This document shows, piece by piece, positions 1 through 9,991 of a stretch of 64,000 nt of DNA. The position numbers and the translations under genes were made by a program. A model generated the notes under the pieces. It searched no databases. It saw nothing but the letters and a program-made list of their open reading frames with translations, and was not told the origin of the DNA. How positions within the stretch are numbered: position 1 is the first letter of the stretch; every line of letters starts with the position of its first letter. This DNA comes from an uncultured delta proteobacterium (lineage in GTDB: Bacteria; Myxococcota_A; Polyangia; Polyangiales; Polyangiaceae): contig CAVOKF010000004.1 in assembly GCA_963696385.1 (NCBI GenBank), positions 320,001 through 384,000 on the forward strand, given 5' to 3'.

Positions 1-393
1 CCGCAGAAAGATCAAGCGTACTTCGACAATACGCTCTTTCACCGCGTCATCCCCAACTTCATGATTCAGGCCGGCGATCCGTTGGGCCAGGGGACCGGCG
101 GCCCGGGGTACCGATTCGAAGACGAGTTTCACCCCGAGCTGCGTCACTCCGGCCCCGGAGTGCTTTCGATGGCGAATGCCGGGCCGGGGACGAACGGTTC
201 GCAGTTTTTCATCACCGAACGAGCCACTCCCCATTTGGACAACCGCCATTCCGTATTCGGCTCCGTCGTCGCAGGACTTCCGGTCGTGGAAAAAATCGCG
301 CGTGTCCCCACCGGGCCTCGCGACAAGCCCGTGAAGGATGTGGTCCTTCAACGCGTCGAAATCTTTCGAAGCGAATCCGCTCCTTCCGCCTGA
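1..393 (+). CDS. Cyclophilin-type peptidyl-prolyl cis-trans isomerase (5'-truncated by window edge)
   Basis: Frame is open from base 1: [20 protein letters not shown]...GTGGPGY.FEDEF...[18 protein letters not shown]...[10 protein letters not shown], all cyclophilin signatures. Confidence 0.95.
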   Translation, partial: PQKDQAYFDNTLFHRVIPNFMIQAGDPLGQGTGGPGYRFEDEFHPELRHSGPGVLSMANAGPGTNGSQFFITERATPHLDNRHSVFGSVVAGLPVVEKIARVPTGPRDKPVKDVVLQRVEIFRSESAPSA

Positions 394-1253
394 GCCCCCG
401 AAACGGCTTTGGCGTACGCCTCCGCGCGCGCCGCGCGGACCTGCCCCAACGCCGCAAGGACTGGGGCGCGAGCGGCGAGAGCGCGCGCCTTGAGCACGAC
501 GTCGACGGCGACGTCGACGTCCCGCAGATCGCCGAGGCGTCGCTGGAGACGGGCCGCCAGCGGCGCCAGTGTCGCGAGATCGTCGGGCAGCGCTTCGACG
601 AACGCTTCGGCGGTGTAGCGCAGGCGCTTGTACGCGATGCGCAGTCGATGCAGGGCCTCCGCGTCGTCGATCGCCGGCTGCTCGATCCGCTCGGTCGCCG
701 TCTTGGCGCTGTCGACCGCACGGCGAGCGAATTTCGTCAGACGCTTGTCCTTTGCGGGGTTGACCCGAAATGCCAGCAGTGCCGAGAGCAACGCTCGAGC
801 GCGATCGATCTCCCCGGCCCGCACGATCCGCCGCAGCGCGGTGCGCAGCCGTCGTTCTCGGCGTCGCCGCGCTTCGAGCCACGTCGCCGTGTTGGCGTCG
901 GCGAGTCCCAGCGACTCGACGAGAGCGATCAGGACCTCCTCGTCGCGCACGGCGCCGGTTGCCCGATGCACGTGCCGCAGCGCCCGCCGGACTTCATCGA
1001 CGCGAAAGCGGCCGAACACGTCGGCACTGACTTCGAGCAGGGTACGCATGCGCCGGAGCACGACGCGCAGATCGTGTACCGCGGGGTCGGTTCCGATGCG
1101 CGGCGCATCCGGGCCCCGGCGAAAGCCCCGCCCACCTTGCAGCACGCGTTGGCTGGCATCCTGCAGCGCCCCGTCCAGATCGCGCAGTTTGGCTCCCAGA
1201 AACTCCCCGACCCTGCGGGGTGCATCGGGCGCGGGCGCTTCGGTGCCGATCAT
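348..1253 (-). CDS. CHAD domain protein (polyphosphate-binding)
   Basis: [25 protein letters not shown] and [13 protein letters not shown] are the CHAD His/Arg motifs; ATGA overlap with the rnj stop. Confidence 0.88.
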   Translation of the reverse strand: MIGTEAPAPDAPRRVGEFLGAKLRDLDGALQDASQRVLQGGRGFRRGPDAPRIGTDPAVHDLRVVLRRMRTLLEVSADVFGRFRVDEVRRALRHVHRATGAVRDEEVLIALVESLGLADANTATWLEARRRRERRLRTALRRIVRAGEIDRARALLSALLAFRVNPAKDKRLTKFARRAVDSAKTATERIEQPAIDDAEALHRLRIAYKRLRYTAEAFVEALPDDLATLAPLAARLQRRLGDLRDVDVAVDVVLKARALAARAPVLAALGQVRAARAEAYAKAVSGAQAEGADSLRKISTR

Positions 1254-2908
1254 GGTCTCCGCAATACCGTGACCAGCGTCGTCGGCTTGAATCCGAGCGC
1301 TCGCCCAAGGACCCTTCGAACGACCTGACGGACGGCTTCGGCAATGCTTTCGTCACTCGCCTGAACGTCGCAGAGCGGTCGAGCGGCCGCGAGCGCTTCG
1401 ACCCGAGCGGTGGCGACCAGCGCTCCATCGAGCGCGTCATCGAGCACACCCCGCGAGGTGAAGGCGACTTCGCCGACGCGTCCCCCGTCGATGGGCACCG
1501 TGACGTGGGCCACGCCGCGCGCGGCCAGTGCCAACCGCTCCTCGAGGACGGCGTCGGGCAAAGCACGGCCCGCAAAAACATGGACGCGTCCGGCGCGGAC
1601 GCGTCCAGCGGACCGCAGACTCGTCTCGTCAATCTCGGCGACGTGGCCGTTCTCCAGCACGCAGACTTCCGGCACGCCGCGCTCCCGCGCGAGTGCGGCG
1701 TGGCGTTGCAGGTGGTGGAGCGTGCCATGCACCGGAATGAACGCCCGGGGTCGCACGAGATCGATCATACGGAGCTGCTCGGCGCGGTGGGCGTGCCCGC
1801 TCACGTGCAGCGCACGATCGGACCACCAGGTGCGCAGGTGGACCCCGCGCCGCAAGAGGTCCGTCATCACCCGCATGACTTCGGGCTCGTTGCCGGGGAT
1901 CACCCGGCTCGACAGGACGATGAGGTCGCCCGCCTCCAAAGCCAACGCCGGATGTTCGCCCCGGCCGAGCCGGCCCAGCGCCGCGGCCGCCTCCCCCTGC
2001 GAGCCGGTGGCGACGCCGAGGATAGCCCGGCGGGGCAACTCGCGCGCACGCTCCACGGGCCACACGAGGTCCGAGGGCCATTCGAGGTAGGGCCGGCCTG
2101 CGTGTTGCCCTGTCGAGCGCGCCGTTCTGCGCGCCACGCGGGCGTGGGTCGATACGCTGCGGCCGAACATGACGATCTTACGGCCGTGGCGTTTCGCGAT
2201 GTCTCCGAGCATCCGAAGGCGATGGACGTTCGACGCGAACATGCCGACGATGACGGCATGTGCAGCGTCGCCCACCATTCCGTCGAGGGCGCGGCCCACG
2301 CCTTGCTCGCTCCCCGTCGGTCCGGCCGCGTCGATGTTGGTCGAATCGCTCAGCAGGAGCCGGACGCCTTCGTGCGCGAGATCCTCGAAGCGTTCGACGT
2401 CGAAGGCCTCCCCGTCCGGTGGGGCATCGTCGAACTTGAAATCGCCCGTATGGATCACGAGGCCTGCGTCGGTCCGAATCGCCAGCGCGGTCGCGTCGGC
2501 GATCGAGTGGGTCACCCGAATTGGTTCGATCTCGAACGAGCCGACCCTTTCGGGCGATCGCGGGGTGACGCAATGCAGCTGCACGTGATTGAGGATCTCG
2601 TGCTCGGCGGCGCGTTCGCGCACGAGCCCCAGCGCATATCGCGGCCCGTAGACCGGGACGTCGAAGCGCCGGAGCAGGTACGGAATGGCGCCGATGTGGT
2701 CTTCGTGGCCGTGCGTCACGAAAAGCCCCGCGATGCGGTAGTCGGCGAGCGCCTCGAAGTCGGGATGAACGACGTCCACTCCGAGACCCCGATCGTCGAA
2801 TGCGACACCGCAATCGACGATGAGCACCTCTCCGCGCTGCTCGAGCGCGAGGCAGTTCATTCCGATTTCGCCCAGGCCACCGAGAGGGAAGAGGCGAAGG
2901 GAAGGCAT
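1250..2908 (-). CDS. rnj: Ribonuclease J
   Basis: PLGGLGEIGMN, THGHEDHIGA, HTGDFK, DSTN, FASNVHR, TGSQGE, IPGNE, HVSGHA, FIPVHG. Confidence 0.95.
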   Translation of the reverse strand: MPSLRLFPLGGLGEIGMNCLALEQRGEVLIVDCGVAFDDRGLGVDVVHPDFEALADYRIAGLFVTHGHEDHIGAIPYLLRRFDVPVYGPRYALGLVRERAAEHEILNHVQLHCVTPRSPERVGSFEIEPIRVTHSIADATALAIRTDAGLVIHTGDFKFDDAPPDGEAFDVERFEDLAHEGVRLLLSDSTNIDAAGPTGSEQGVGRALDGMVGDAAHAVIVGMFASNVHRLRMLGDIAKRHGRKIVMFGRSVSTHARVARRTARSTGQHAGRPYLEWPSDLVWPVERARELPRRAILGVATGSQGEAAAALGRLGRGEHPALALEAGDLIVLSSRVIPGNEPEVMRVMTDLLRRGVHLRTWWSDRALHVSGHAHRAEQLRMIDLVRPRAFIPVHGTLHHLQRHAALARERGVPEVCVLENGHVAEIDETSLRSAGRVRAGRVHVFAGRALPDAVLEERLALAARGVAHVTVPIDGGRVGEVAFTSRGVLDDALDGALVATARVEALAAARPLCDVQASDESIAEAVRQVVRRVLGRALGFKPTTLVTVLRRP

Positions 2909-2973
2909 TTCCCGTAGAGTCTGCCCCTCCTTAGCACGGCCGGTCGTGCTATGCGTGGGCGTCCTACCCGGGT

Positions 2974-3888
2974 ATGTCGACGCTCGCCGGCAAGCGATTC
3001 ATCCTCGTTACCGGCAAGGGCGGAGTCGGCAAGACGACGGTCTGCGCGGCCCATGCCCTTGCGCTGTCGGCTTCGGGACGCCGTGTTCTCGTCGCCATGT
3101 GCAACGCGAAGGAGCGTTTGAGCACGATGCTCGGGAGCGCGCCGATTGGGCCCGATATCGTCCAGGTCGCGCAGCTCGTCTGGGCGGTCAACATCACGCC
3201 CGAAAAGGCCCTTCAAGAGTACGGCACGCTCGTGCTGCGGAGCCGGGCCCTGTCGAAGACGATCTTCGACAACCGCTACGCGCACGGGTTCTTGCGAGCC
3301 GTTCCGGGAATGCAAGAATGGTCGATGCTCGGCAAGGCGTGGTGGCACACGACCGAAAAGTCGCATGACGGGTCGTTCAAGTACGACACGGTGATCCTCG
3401 ACGCGCCTGCGACTGGCCACGGCCTCGACATGCTTCGGGTGCCCAAAGTGATCCTGGACGTCATGCCGCCCGGGCTGCTTCGCAGGGATGCCGAGCGCGC
3501 ATGGGCGCTCTTTCAGGATCGATCGAACTGCGCGATCGTCGTCGTGACCCTGCCCGAAGAAATGCCCACCAGCGAGACGATCGAGCTTGCGCGGGGCCTC
3601 GATGCCATCGGCCTTTCGGTCGGGTGCGTCGTGGCCAACGCTGTCGTTCCGCCTCTGTTCTCTGCGGTCGAGCGGTCGAGCCTGCTGTCGCTTTCGAGCT
3701 TCGAGGTGCGCTCGCGGGGCGACGCCGCCATCGGCGCCGCCATCGAACGTGCGAGGCGGGAAGGGATCCAGGCCGAAAGCCTGAGTCGGCTTTCGACCGA
3801 ACTGGGTCTGTCGCCCGTCGTACTGCCGCTCTTGTTCCGCGATGCGGCGCTGCCCGACGCCATTCGCGAGCTGGCCTTGCACGTGTGA
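2974..3888 (+). CDS. ArsA/Get3-like (anion-transporting) ATPase family protein
   Basis: VTGKGGVGKTT P-loop, PGMQE, ILDAPATGH, VTLPEEMP. Confidence 0.85.
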   Translation: MSTLAGKRFILVTGKGGVGKTTVCAAHALALSASGRRVLVAMCNAKERLSTMLGSAPIGPDIVQVAQLVWAVNITPEKALQEYGTLVLRSRALSKTIFDNRYAHGFLRAVPGMQEWSMLGKAWWHTTEKSHDGSFKYDTVILDAPATGHGLDMLRVPKVILDVMPPGLLRRDAERAWALFQDRSNCAIVVVTLPEEMPTSETIELARGLDAIGLSVGCVVANAVVPPLFSAVERSSLLSLSSFEVRSRGDAAIGAAIERARREGIQAESLSRLSTELGLSPVVLPLLFRDAALPDAIRELALHV

Positions 3889-3939
3889 CGAGATGGCCGC
3901 CGGGTGACGGCGAGTCCGACCACGGACCCTCGAGCCTCG

Positions 3940-4527
3940 TTACGCGCTCTTCAAGTTTTGCAGCGCGAAGTCCCAGTTGACCAACGACTTCAAGAACGTC
4001 TCGACGTATTTGGGCCGGGCGTTGCGGTAGTCGATGTAATAGGCGTGCTCCCAGACATCGATGGTCAAAAGGGCCTTCTGACCGTGCTTTAGCGGCAGGT
4101 CGGCATTTGCGGTCTTGGTGACGGCGAGCTTTTTGTCTTTGCCGAGCACGAGCCAGGCCCAACCGGAGCCAAATTGGCTCGTGGCCGCATTCGAGAGCTC
4201 CTCGATGACCTTTTCGACGGACCCGAAGTCGCGCGTGATGGCATCCGCGAGTTCGCCCGGGGGCTGCCCGCCCCCCGCCGGCTTGATCGACAGCCAGTAG
4301 AAGTTGTGGTTCCAGATTTGCGCGGCGTTGTTGAATACGGGACCCTCGCTCGAGAGGACCACGTCCTCGAGGCTCTTGGTCGCGTCCGGTTTGCCTTCGA
4401 GCAGCTTGTTCAGGTTCGTCACGTAAGCTTGGTGGTGCTTTCCGTGATGGTAATCGAGCGTCTCGGCGCTGATGTGGGGCGCGAGCGCGTTCTTGTCGTA
4501 CGGCAACGAGGGTAGCGAGAACGCCAT
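3940..4527 (-). CDS. sodB: Superoxide dismutase, probably Fe-type
   Basis: LPYDKNALAPHIS.ETL.YHHGKHH, FNNAAQIWNH (AAQ is typical of Fe-SOD), GSGWAWL, DVWEHAYY. Confidence 0.93.
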   Translation of the reverse strand: MAFSLPSLPYDKNALAPHISAETLDYHHGKHHQAYVTNLNKLLEGKPDATKSLEDVVLSSEGPVFNNAAQIWNHNFYWLSIKPAGGGQPPGELADAITRDFGSVEKVIEELSNAATSQFGSGWAWLVLGKDKKLAVTKTANADLPLKHGQKALLTIDVWEHAYYIDYRNARPKYVETFLKSLVNWDFALQNLKSA

Positions 4528-4560
4528 GGCAGGTCTCCTTCTGGAAGGGTCAGCGATCTG

Positions 4561-4588
4561 ACATTGCTGCGGCGCGACTCGCTGTCAA
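4561..4588 (-). promoter_or_regulatory. Possible sigma70-type promoter for sod
   Basis: Minus strand reads TTGACA-N16-CAATGT upstream of sod; perfect -35, weak -10. Confidence 0.35.
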
Positions 4589-4663
4589 CGGTGCGATGGT
4601 GAAATCCGAGGCTCAAATGGGATCCGCCCTGCGCCGGGGGGCGGTTCGAGCCTGCTTGGTGGT

Positions 4664-5020
4664 CTAGCCGAGATCGCCAGGAACCGGTTCGGCGTGCTGC
4701 ACGAGCAGCTTCTCGATGAGGTTTTTGGAATACGCCGAGAGTTCTCGGAAAACGACGCCCATCCCAGCCGGGTCCTTTTCGACGCGAACGACCTCACCGA
4801 CGCCCTCGATCGTCTCGATATCGTCCATGATGACCGTGAACCGGAGATTCACGCGCGTGCCGACCGCAAGCGGTTGCTGGGTCTTGATGAAGACGCCGGT
4901 GCGCGAGATGTTGGTCACGTATTCCTGGATGAAAGCATCGAACGATTCGAACTCCTTGTTGATCGTGACGCGCTCGCCCGATCGCTTCTCGGCGTCATCG
5001 TCCATGGCTGCTCCCGTCAT
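4664..5020 (-). CDS. Stand-alone PilZ domain protein (myxobacterial TIGR02266-like)
   Basis: C-terminal part of ORF 4664..6535: KRSGER (RxxxR), NISRTGVFI, GEVVRV...GMGVVF; start 5020 (ATGA overlap with the rne stop) or 5005 (preceded by GGAG). Confidence 0.88.
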   Translation of the reverse strand: MTGAAMDDDAEKRSGERVTINKEFESFDAFIQEYVTNISRTGVFIKTQQPLAVGTRVNLRFTVIMDDIETIEGVGEVVRVEKDPAGMGVVFRELSAYSKNLIEKLLVQHAEPVPGDLG

Positions 5021-7230
5021 TTGCCCGAGAGATCGAACTGTTCGAGGTGGTATTCGGTCCGCGGGCTGACTTGAATCCGCCGCATGTACCGGCTTTCCGC
5101 GTCGACGAGGGCGCTCTTCTGCGCTCCAGTCAAAAAGTCCGCCACCGCCGGGTGGCAGTTCACGACGATGGTGTAGCCGGGCAAATCTTGACGCTTTCGG
5201 CGGATCTCGCGCAAGACCTCGTAAGCGATCGTCTCTTTCGACTGCAAGTGACCCGTACCGTCGCAGTAGAAGCAAGGTTCGTGCAGCAGCCGGCCGAGGC
5301 TCTCTCTCGTCCGCTTTCGCGTCATCTCGATGAGACCGAGCTCCGAGATGCGATTCAGCGTCGTCTTGGCCTTGTCGCGCTGCAAAAGTTCGTCCAGCGT
5401 CTTTCGTACCTTCTCGCGGTTCGACGGCTTCTCCATGTCGATGAGGTCGAGAATGATGAGTCCGCCGATGTTTCGGAAGCGAAGCTGGTAGGCGATCTCG
5501 TTGACGGCCTCGAGGTTGGTCTTGAGGATCGTCTCTTCCATGTCCTTGCTGCCTTTGCCCACGAACCTCCCTGTGTTGATGTCGATCGCGGTGAGCGCTT
5601 CGGCCTCGTCGATGATGAGATAGCCGCCGCTCGGCAGCGGGACCTTGCGCGACAGCGCGCGCGAGATCTCGTCCTCGATTCCGTACGCGTCGAAGATCGG
5701 CTCGTCGTCGCCGTAATACGAGACGTCCTTGAGCCGTTCGGGCATGAACATCTCGACGAATCGGCAAAGTCGGTCGTATTGGGGGCGATCGTCGATGACA
5801 ATCTCGTCGACCTCGTCGGAGAAGAGGTCGCGCGCCGTCTTGAGCACGATGTCGAGTTCGCCAAGCAAAAGCGCCGGAGCCTTTGCGCCTTCGTGACTTC
5901 GGGCAACCTCGCCCCAAAGATGGACCAAATAGCCCACGTCTTGTTTGAGTTGCTTCTTGGTCAGCCCTTCGGCCACGGTGCGCACGATCAAACCGCCGGC
6001 CGGGGGTTTCATGCTCACGATCGCTTCCCGCAGCCGTGCGCGCTCCTTGTCGCTGCCGATTCGCTTGCTGATGCCCACGTGCTCGAGAGTGGGCAAGTAC
6101 ACGACGTAGCGGCCCGGCAGCGAGATGTGGCTCGAGCAGCGCGCCCCCTTCGTTCCAATCGGCTCTTTGGTGATCTGGACGATGATGTCCTGTCCCTCCT
6201 TGACCACGTCGCGGATGGGGGTGGACTTCGACAACCGGCCCGGCGTGAGGGCTCGGGGACGCTCGCGGTGCTCGCGCTGGGGCTGCTCGCGGCCGCGTCC
6301 AGCCCCCCGGTCGCGCCCGCGCCCTCTGCCTCGTCGGCGGTCTCCCCCCCCGCCGCGCCCTTCGCGTGGTCCGTCCATTCGGGGCGCAGGGGCGCGAGGC
6401 ATCGGGGCGCCCACCTCCGTCACCGTGAAACCCGGAAGATTCGGATTCGCGAGCAAGTCTTCCAGATCGTCTTCGGTAGGGGGCGAGGGCTCGCTGTCCG
6501 GGTCGTCGATCAGCGGCAGCGTCGGCTCGTCCCAATCGGAACCAGTCGGAGCCGCCGCGTCCGCTTCGTCGAGTGTGGAGTCCGCTTCGGCCTCGCCCCG
6601 CTCGGCATCGTGTTCCGGGCCCGCCAACGGCATCTCGTCGTCGATCCCGGCGTCATCGGCCAGGTCGGTGGTGCCGGCGTCGTCGGCCAGGTCGGCGGTA
6701 CCGGCGTCGTCGGCCAAGTCCGTGGGGACATCCTCCTCGTGCAGCGCGCCGCGGTCGGCCGATTCGAAGACCGACTCCTCCAATCTCGGGGCCTGCTCGC
6801 TCGCGTCGGGCTCGCTATCGGGCGGGCCTTCGACGGCCTCCGCTACGGGCGGGACGGCGTCCTCGTCGGCAACGCCGTTGTCCACCTCCGACTCGCCGGC
6901 GTCTGCGTTTGGGTCGCCCTGGGAACCACCGCCTTCGGACGTGCCGAGCGCTTGCTTGCGCCCGCCCGCCAGGTACGTCTCGAAATCATCCGGCCGGATG
7001 AGATCTTCGACGTGCAAGAACGCGGCACGCTCGAGCCCGATATCGACGAAGGCGGCCTGCAAGCCCGGAAGGACACGAGTCACCTTCCCCAAGTAGACGT
7101 CGCCGACGGTGCCGCCGCGCGGATGGGCGCCGCGGCGCTCGATGTGAAGCTCGGCAATGATGCCGTTTTCGATGAGCGCGACCCGCGTCTCGGCTAGGTC
7201 GCATGAAATGACGAGAATATTTTTAGCCAT
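5017..7230 (-). CDS. Rne/Rng family ribonuclease (RNase E/G) with a large acidic and Arg/Gly-rich insertion in the S1 domain
   Basis: VGDVYLGKVTRVLPGLQAAFVDIG, IVQITKEPIGTKGA, DINTG, FRNIGGLIILDLIDM, GLIEMTRKR, Zn-link CFYC. Confidence 0.95.
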   Translation of the reverse strand: MAKNILVISCDLAETRVALIENGIIAELHIERRGAHPRGGTVGDVYLGKVTRVLPGLQAAFVDIGLERAAFLHVEDLIRPDDFETYLAGGRKQALGTSEGGGSQGDPNADAGESEVDNGVADEDAVPPVAEAVEGPPDSEPDASEQAPRLEESVFESADRGALHEEDVPTDLADDAGTADLADDAGTTDLADDAGIDDEMPLAGPEHDAERGEAEADSTLDEADAAAPTGSDWDEPTLPLIDDPDSEPSPPTEDDLEDLLANPNLPGFTVTEVGAPMPRAPAPRMDGPREGRGGGGDRRRGRGRGRDRGAGRGREQPQREHRERPRALTPGRLSKSTPIRDVVKEGQDIIVQITKEPIGTKGARCSSHISLPGRYVVYLPTLEHVGISKRIGSDKERARLREAIVSMKPPAGGLIVRTVAEGLTKKQLKQDVGYLVHLWGEVARSHEGAKAPALLLGELDIVLKTARDLFSDEVDEIVIDDRPQYDRLCRFVEMFMPERLKDVSYYGDDEPIFDAYGIEDEISRALSRKVPLPSGGYLIIDEAEALTAIDINTGRFVGKGSKDMEETILKTNLEAVNEIAYQLRFRNIGGLIILDLIDMEKPSNREKVRKTLDELLQRDKAKTTLNRISELGLIEMTRKRTRESLGRLLHEPCFYCDGTGHLQSKETIAYEVLREIRRKRQDLPGYTIVVNCHPAVADFLTGAQKSALVDAESRYMRRIQVSPRTEYHLEQFDLSGK
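6647..6720. repeat. 27-bp imperfect tandem repeat (~2.7 copies) encoding DLADDAGT(A/T) inside the RNase insertion
   Basis: ccggcgtc(a/g)tcggcca(g/a)gtc units start at 6647, 6674 and 6701. Confidence 0.85.
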
Positions 7231-7694
7231 ACGATGGCAAGCTTTCCCGCCCGAGACGACGAATCGCCACCCGATGGCGCACGGCGCGTATAGCCGTCGC
7301 TACGACGGCACGCGCCATAGCCATGACGATCGCCCCGAAGTCGCATGCGCATACCGGAAAAAAACAGCAACTCGTTACCTCAGGCGCCGCCGCGGTGATT
7401 GCCGCCGCGCTCTTCGCGCGCGGTCCCTAGGCGACTGGAGTGACTTAAACGGTCGCAACCCGTGAAGGTCGCGAACAGAAACATTTTTTGGGCGGCGCGG
7501 ATCCCAGCTGACGCCCGGTCGCGCTTGCCTACCCTTTCGATTACCGGAAATCCGTCCGGCTGGCCAGCCCGATGAGAGCCAAAGCAGGCCCCTCGTACGT
7601 CACGGCCCAAAAGCATCGCGAAAGACATGCCGAGCACTCGCTCGACGGGGCCGATTGGCCGCGTCCGTCGCCCTTCGCTATCCATCCGCGGAGT

Positions 7695-7803
<109 letters not shown>

Positions 7804-7810
7804 CGTCAGC

Positions 7811-7839
7811 ACACTACTGCGGAGCCCGGGTCCCGTCGA
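7811..7839 (-). promoter_or_regulatory. Putative sigma70 promoter of ffs
   Basis: Minus strand TCGACG-N17-TAGTGT directly upstream of the SRP RNA. Confidence 0.45.
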
Positions 7840-7925
7840 GCACAATTTCGGTGCAAGCTCGCCGCCGGAGGCCGTTGCCCTGCCGTGCCCTGCCGAGTGC
7901 GCTTGACGCCGCCTCGGGTCAATCC

Positions 7926-8801
7926 ATGCGCTTGCTGCGCGTGCCGCTGGGAGTCTACGGTGCGGTCGTGAGCCCGTTGGCCGAGGTCCGACTCATCACC
8001 GGGCGCGAGCTCCGCAAGAACTTTCGCAGTTCCAAGGGCGTCGTCCTCGCCGCGCTCAGTCTCGCAGGGGGTGCCGGCGCTTCGATGCTCTTCGCATGGA
8101 TGGATCGCGTGCGTCGCGAGCAATTGCCGCCCGACGTCGACGTACGGACGCTGCAGGAGCAGGCCTTCACTCGGCTCTACGGCGCCGATACGGGCAAAGC
8201 GCTCGCCGATTGTCCCTATTCGCTCTGGATGATGCTCGTGGCGACGCTCTGGCTGTCACCGCTGCTCGTCGCGCTCATGGGGTTCGATTCGGTTTCGGGC
8301 GATCTGCAACACCGAAGCGTCCGATTCTGGACCGTGCGGACGCGGCGGTCGTCGTACATCCTCGGCAAGCTTCTCGGCGCCTGGTTGGCCGTGATTCTCG
8401 TCACGTTCGGCATGAACCTCATCGTTTGGGGTACGACGATTGCCGTCGGCCACCTTGCGCCGGGGCCCGTGCTCGCATGGGGTCTTCATTTCTTCGTCAT
8501 GTCGATTCCCATCACGGCCGCCTGGTGCGGGATCGCGATGCTCGTCGGCTCGCAGTTCCGGACGCCGATGTTGGCACTGCTCGTCATCTGCGTAACGTTC
8601 TTTGCGCTGTGGTTCGTGCGCGTGGTGGCGGGGTTCGCCGGCGTGCCCTCGCTGCTTTACGCCTATCCCAACGCGTACGATCAATGGTTTCTCTCGCCTC
8701 GGCCTGTGGATGCCGCGCGCGCGCTCATCGGAACGGGCGTCATCGAGGTGGTGACGGCGACCGCATCGGTGCTGCTCTTCGAGCGAAGAGACCTGTTGTG
8801 A
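7926..8801 (+). CDS. ABC-2 type transporter permease
   Basis: RELRKNFRS, multiple TM segments, GFDSVSGD, RSSYILGKLLG; start ATG 7926 or GTG 7968. Confidence 0.82.
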   Translation: MRLLRVPLGVYGAVVSPLAEVRLITGRELRKNFRSSKGVVLAALSLAGGAGASMLFAWMDRVRREQLPPDVDVRTLQEQAFTRLYGADTGKALADCPYSLWMMLVATLWLSPLLVALMGFDSVSGDLQHRSVRFWTVRTRRSSYILGKLLGAWLAVILVTFGMNLIVWGTTIAVGHLAPGPVLAWGLHFFVMSIPITAAWCGIAMLVGSQFRTPMLALLVICVTFFALWFVRVVAGFAGVPSLLYAYPNAYDQWFLSPRPVDAARALIGTGVIEVVTATASVLLFERRDLL

Positions 8802-9802
8802 CGGTCACCGTTCAGCCACGGCCGTTGTCGCGGAGCGATCGGCGGCCGGCCCCGGGGCACGCCGCGACCGCCGTGCGCCTGACGCGGTTGGTCAAGCGCT
8901 TCGGTTCGAAGACCGCCGTCTCGGACCTCACCCTGACCATCGAATCGGGGACGGTGTTCGGGCTCATCGGCCCCAATGGGGCGGGAAAAACGACGACGTT
9001 TTCGATGCTTGCCGGATACTTGCGGCCGACCTACGGCCAGATCGAGGTCCTCGGCTTTGCTCCCACGGCCGTCGACGCCCTTCGCGGGCGCCTGGGGGTC
9101 TTGCCGCAGGATGCCCTCATCCCGCCCAGCGATACGGTCGGCGAGTTCCTCGTGCACATGGCTCGCCTGCAGGACCTGCCGAAACCCAAGGCGATCGAGT
9201 GTGCGCTCGGCGCGCTCGACGACGTCGGCGGGCGCGACTGGTGGCGGCAGCGCTGCGGGAGCCTTTCGCACGGCATGGCCAAGCGGGTGGCTCTTGCCCA
9301 AGCGTTTCTCGGCGACCCCGACGTCGTCCTGCTGGACGAACCGACGGCCGGGCTCGATCCCCGCGTCGCCTGGGAGGTCCGCCAGATCGTCAAAGCGAAA
9401 AAGGGCCGGGCGACGATCGTCGTATCCAGTCACAATTTGCAAGAGTTGGAGGAGGTATGCGATGCGGCGGCGATCCTCGACCGAGGCCGTCTGATCGCCT
9501 CGGGCAGCATGAGCGAGCTCACCTCCGCCAACGAAGAGGTGCGCGTCAAAGTCGTGCCCGGAACGTCTCGGGGCTCTCGGCCCGGGGAGATCCCGGTCCA
9601 GTCGCTGCGCGAATTGCCTGCCGTCAAGAGCGCGGAGCTCGACGAGCAGCGTTCGGAGATCGTCATCTATTTCGATCGCGGCCAAGCCGACGCGGAGAGC
9701 GTCATCGCTCGGGTGCTGCGGCTGTTGCTCGACCGCGAGGTGCGTATCAGCGGCGTGGCCAAGGGGCGCGGACTCGAGCAGCGAGTCATGAATCTCACGT
9801 AA
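8798..9802 (+). CDS. ABC transporter ATP-binding protein
   Basis: GPNGAGKTT, LSHGMAKR signature, LLDEPTAGLD, SSH; GTGA overlap with the permease. Confidence 0.92.
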   Translation: MTVTVQPRPLSRSDRRPAPGHAATAVRLTRLVKRFGSKTAVSDLTLTIESGTVFGLIGPNGAGKTTTFSMLAGYLRPTYGQIEVLGFAPTAVDALRGRLGVLPQDALIPPSDTVGEFLVHMARLQDLPKPKAIECALGALDDVGGRDWWRQRCGSLSHGMAKRVALAQAFLGDPDVVLLDEPTAGLDPRVAWEVRQIVKAKKGRATIVVSSHNLQELEEVCDAAAILDRGRLIASGSMSELTSANEEVRVKVVPGTSRGSRPGEIPVQSLRELPAVKSAELDEQRSEIVIYFDRGQADAESVIARVLRLLLDREVRISGVAKGRGLEQRVMNLT

Positions 9803-9991
9803 AGGCATCCGCCGCGCGGGTTGGACGCGCGTCTCCGCTGGACGTTCACCACGCCATCGTCGATGCGCTGCGCGCGACGCTTCGAGAGGGCCGAGCTCGA
9901 GCCTTGCGATGTTCTGCGCGATCTCGGTCGCGTCCCAGAACGCGCGGACGCGGTGGATCGGGCGTTCGCGTTTACGGGCGCGGCTCCGAAA

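Noticed and set aside
2974..3888. Arsenic resistance operon
   Set aside because: No arsB, arsC, arsR or arsD nearby, and only a single ATPase domain
4664..6535. 623-aa ORF as a single protein
   Set aside because: Only the last ~118 codons (PilZ) look coding; the rest is an alternative frame of the RNase gene
1220..7197. Long plus-strand ORFs 1220..2917 and 5047..7197
   Set aside because: Antisense shadows of rnj and the RNase E/G gene
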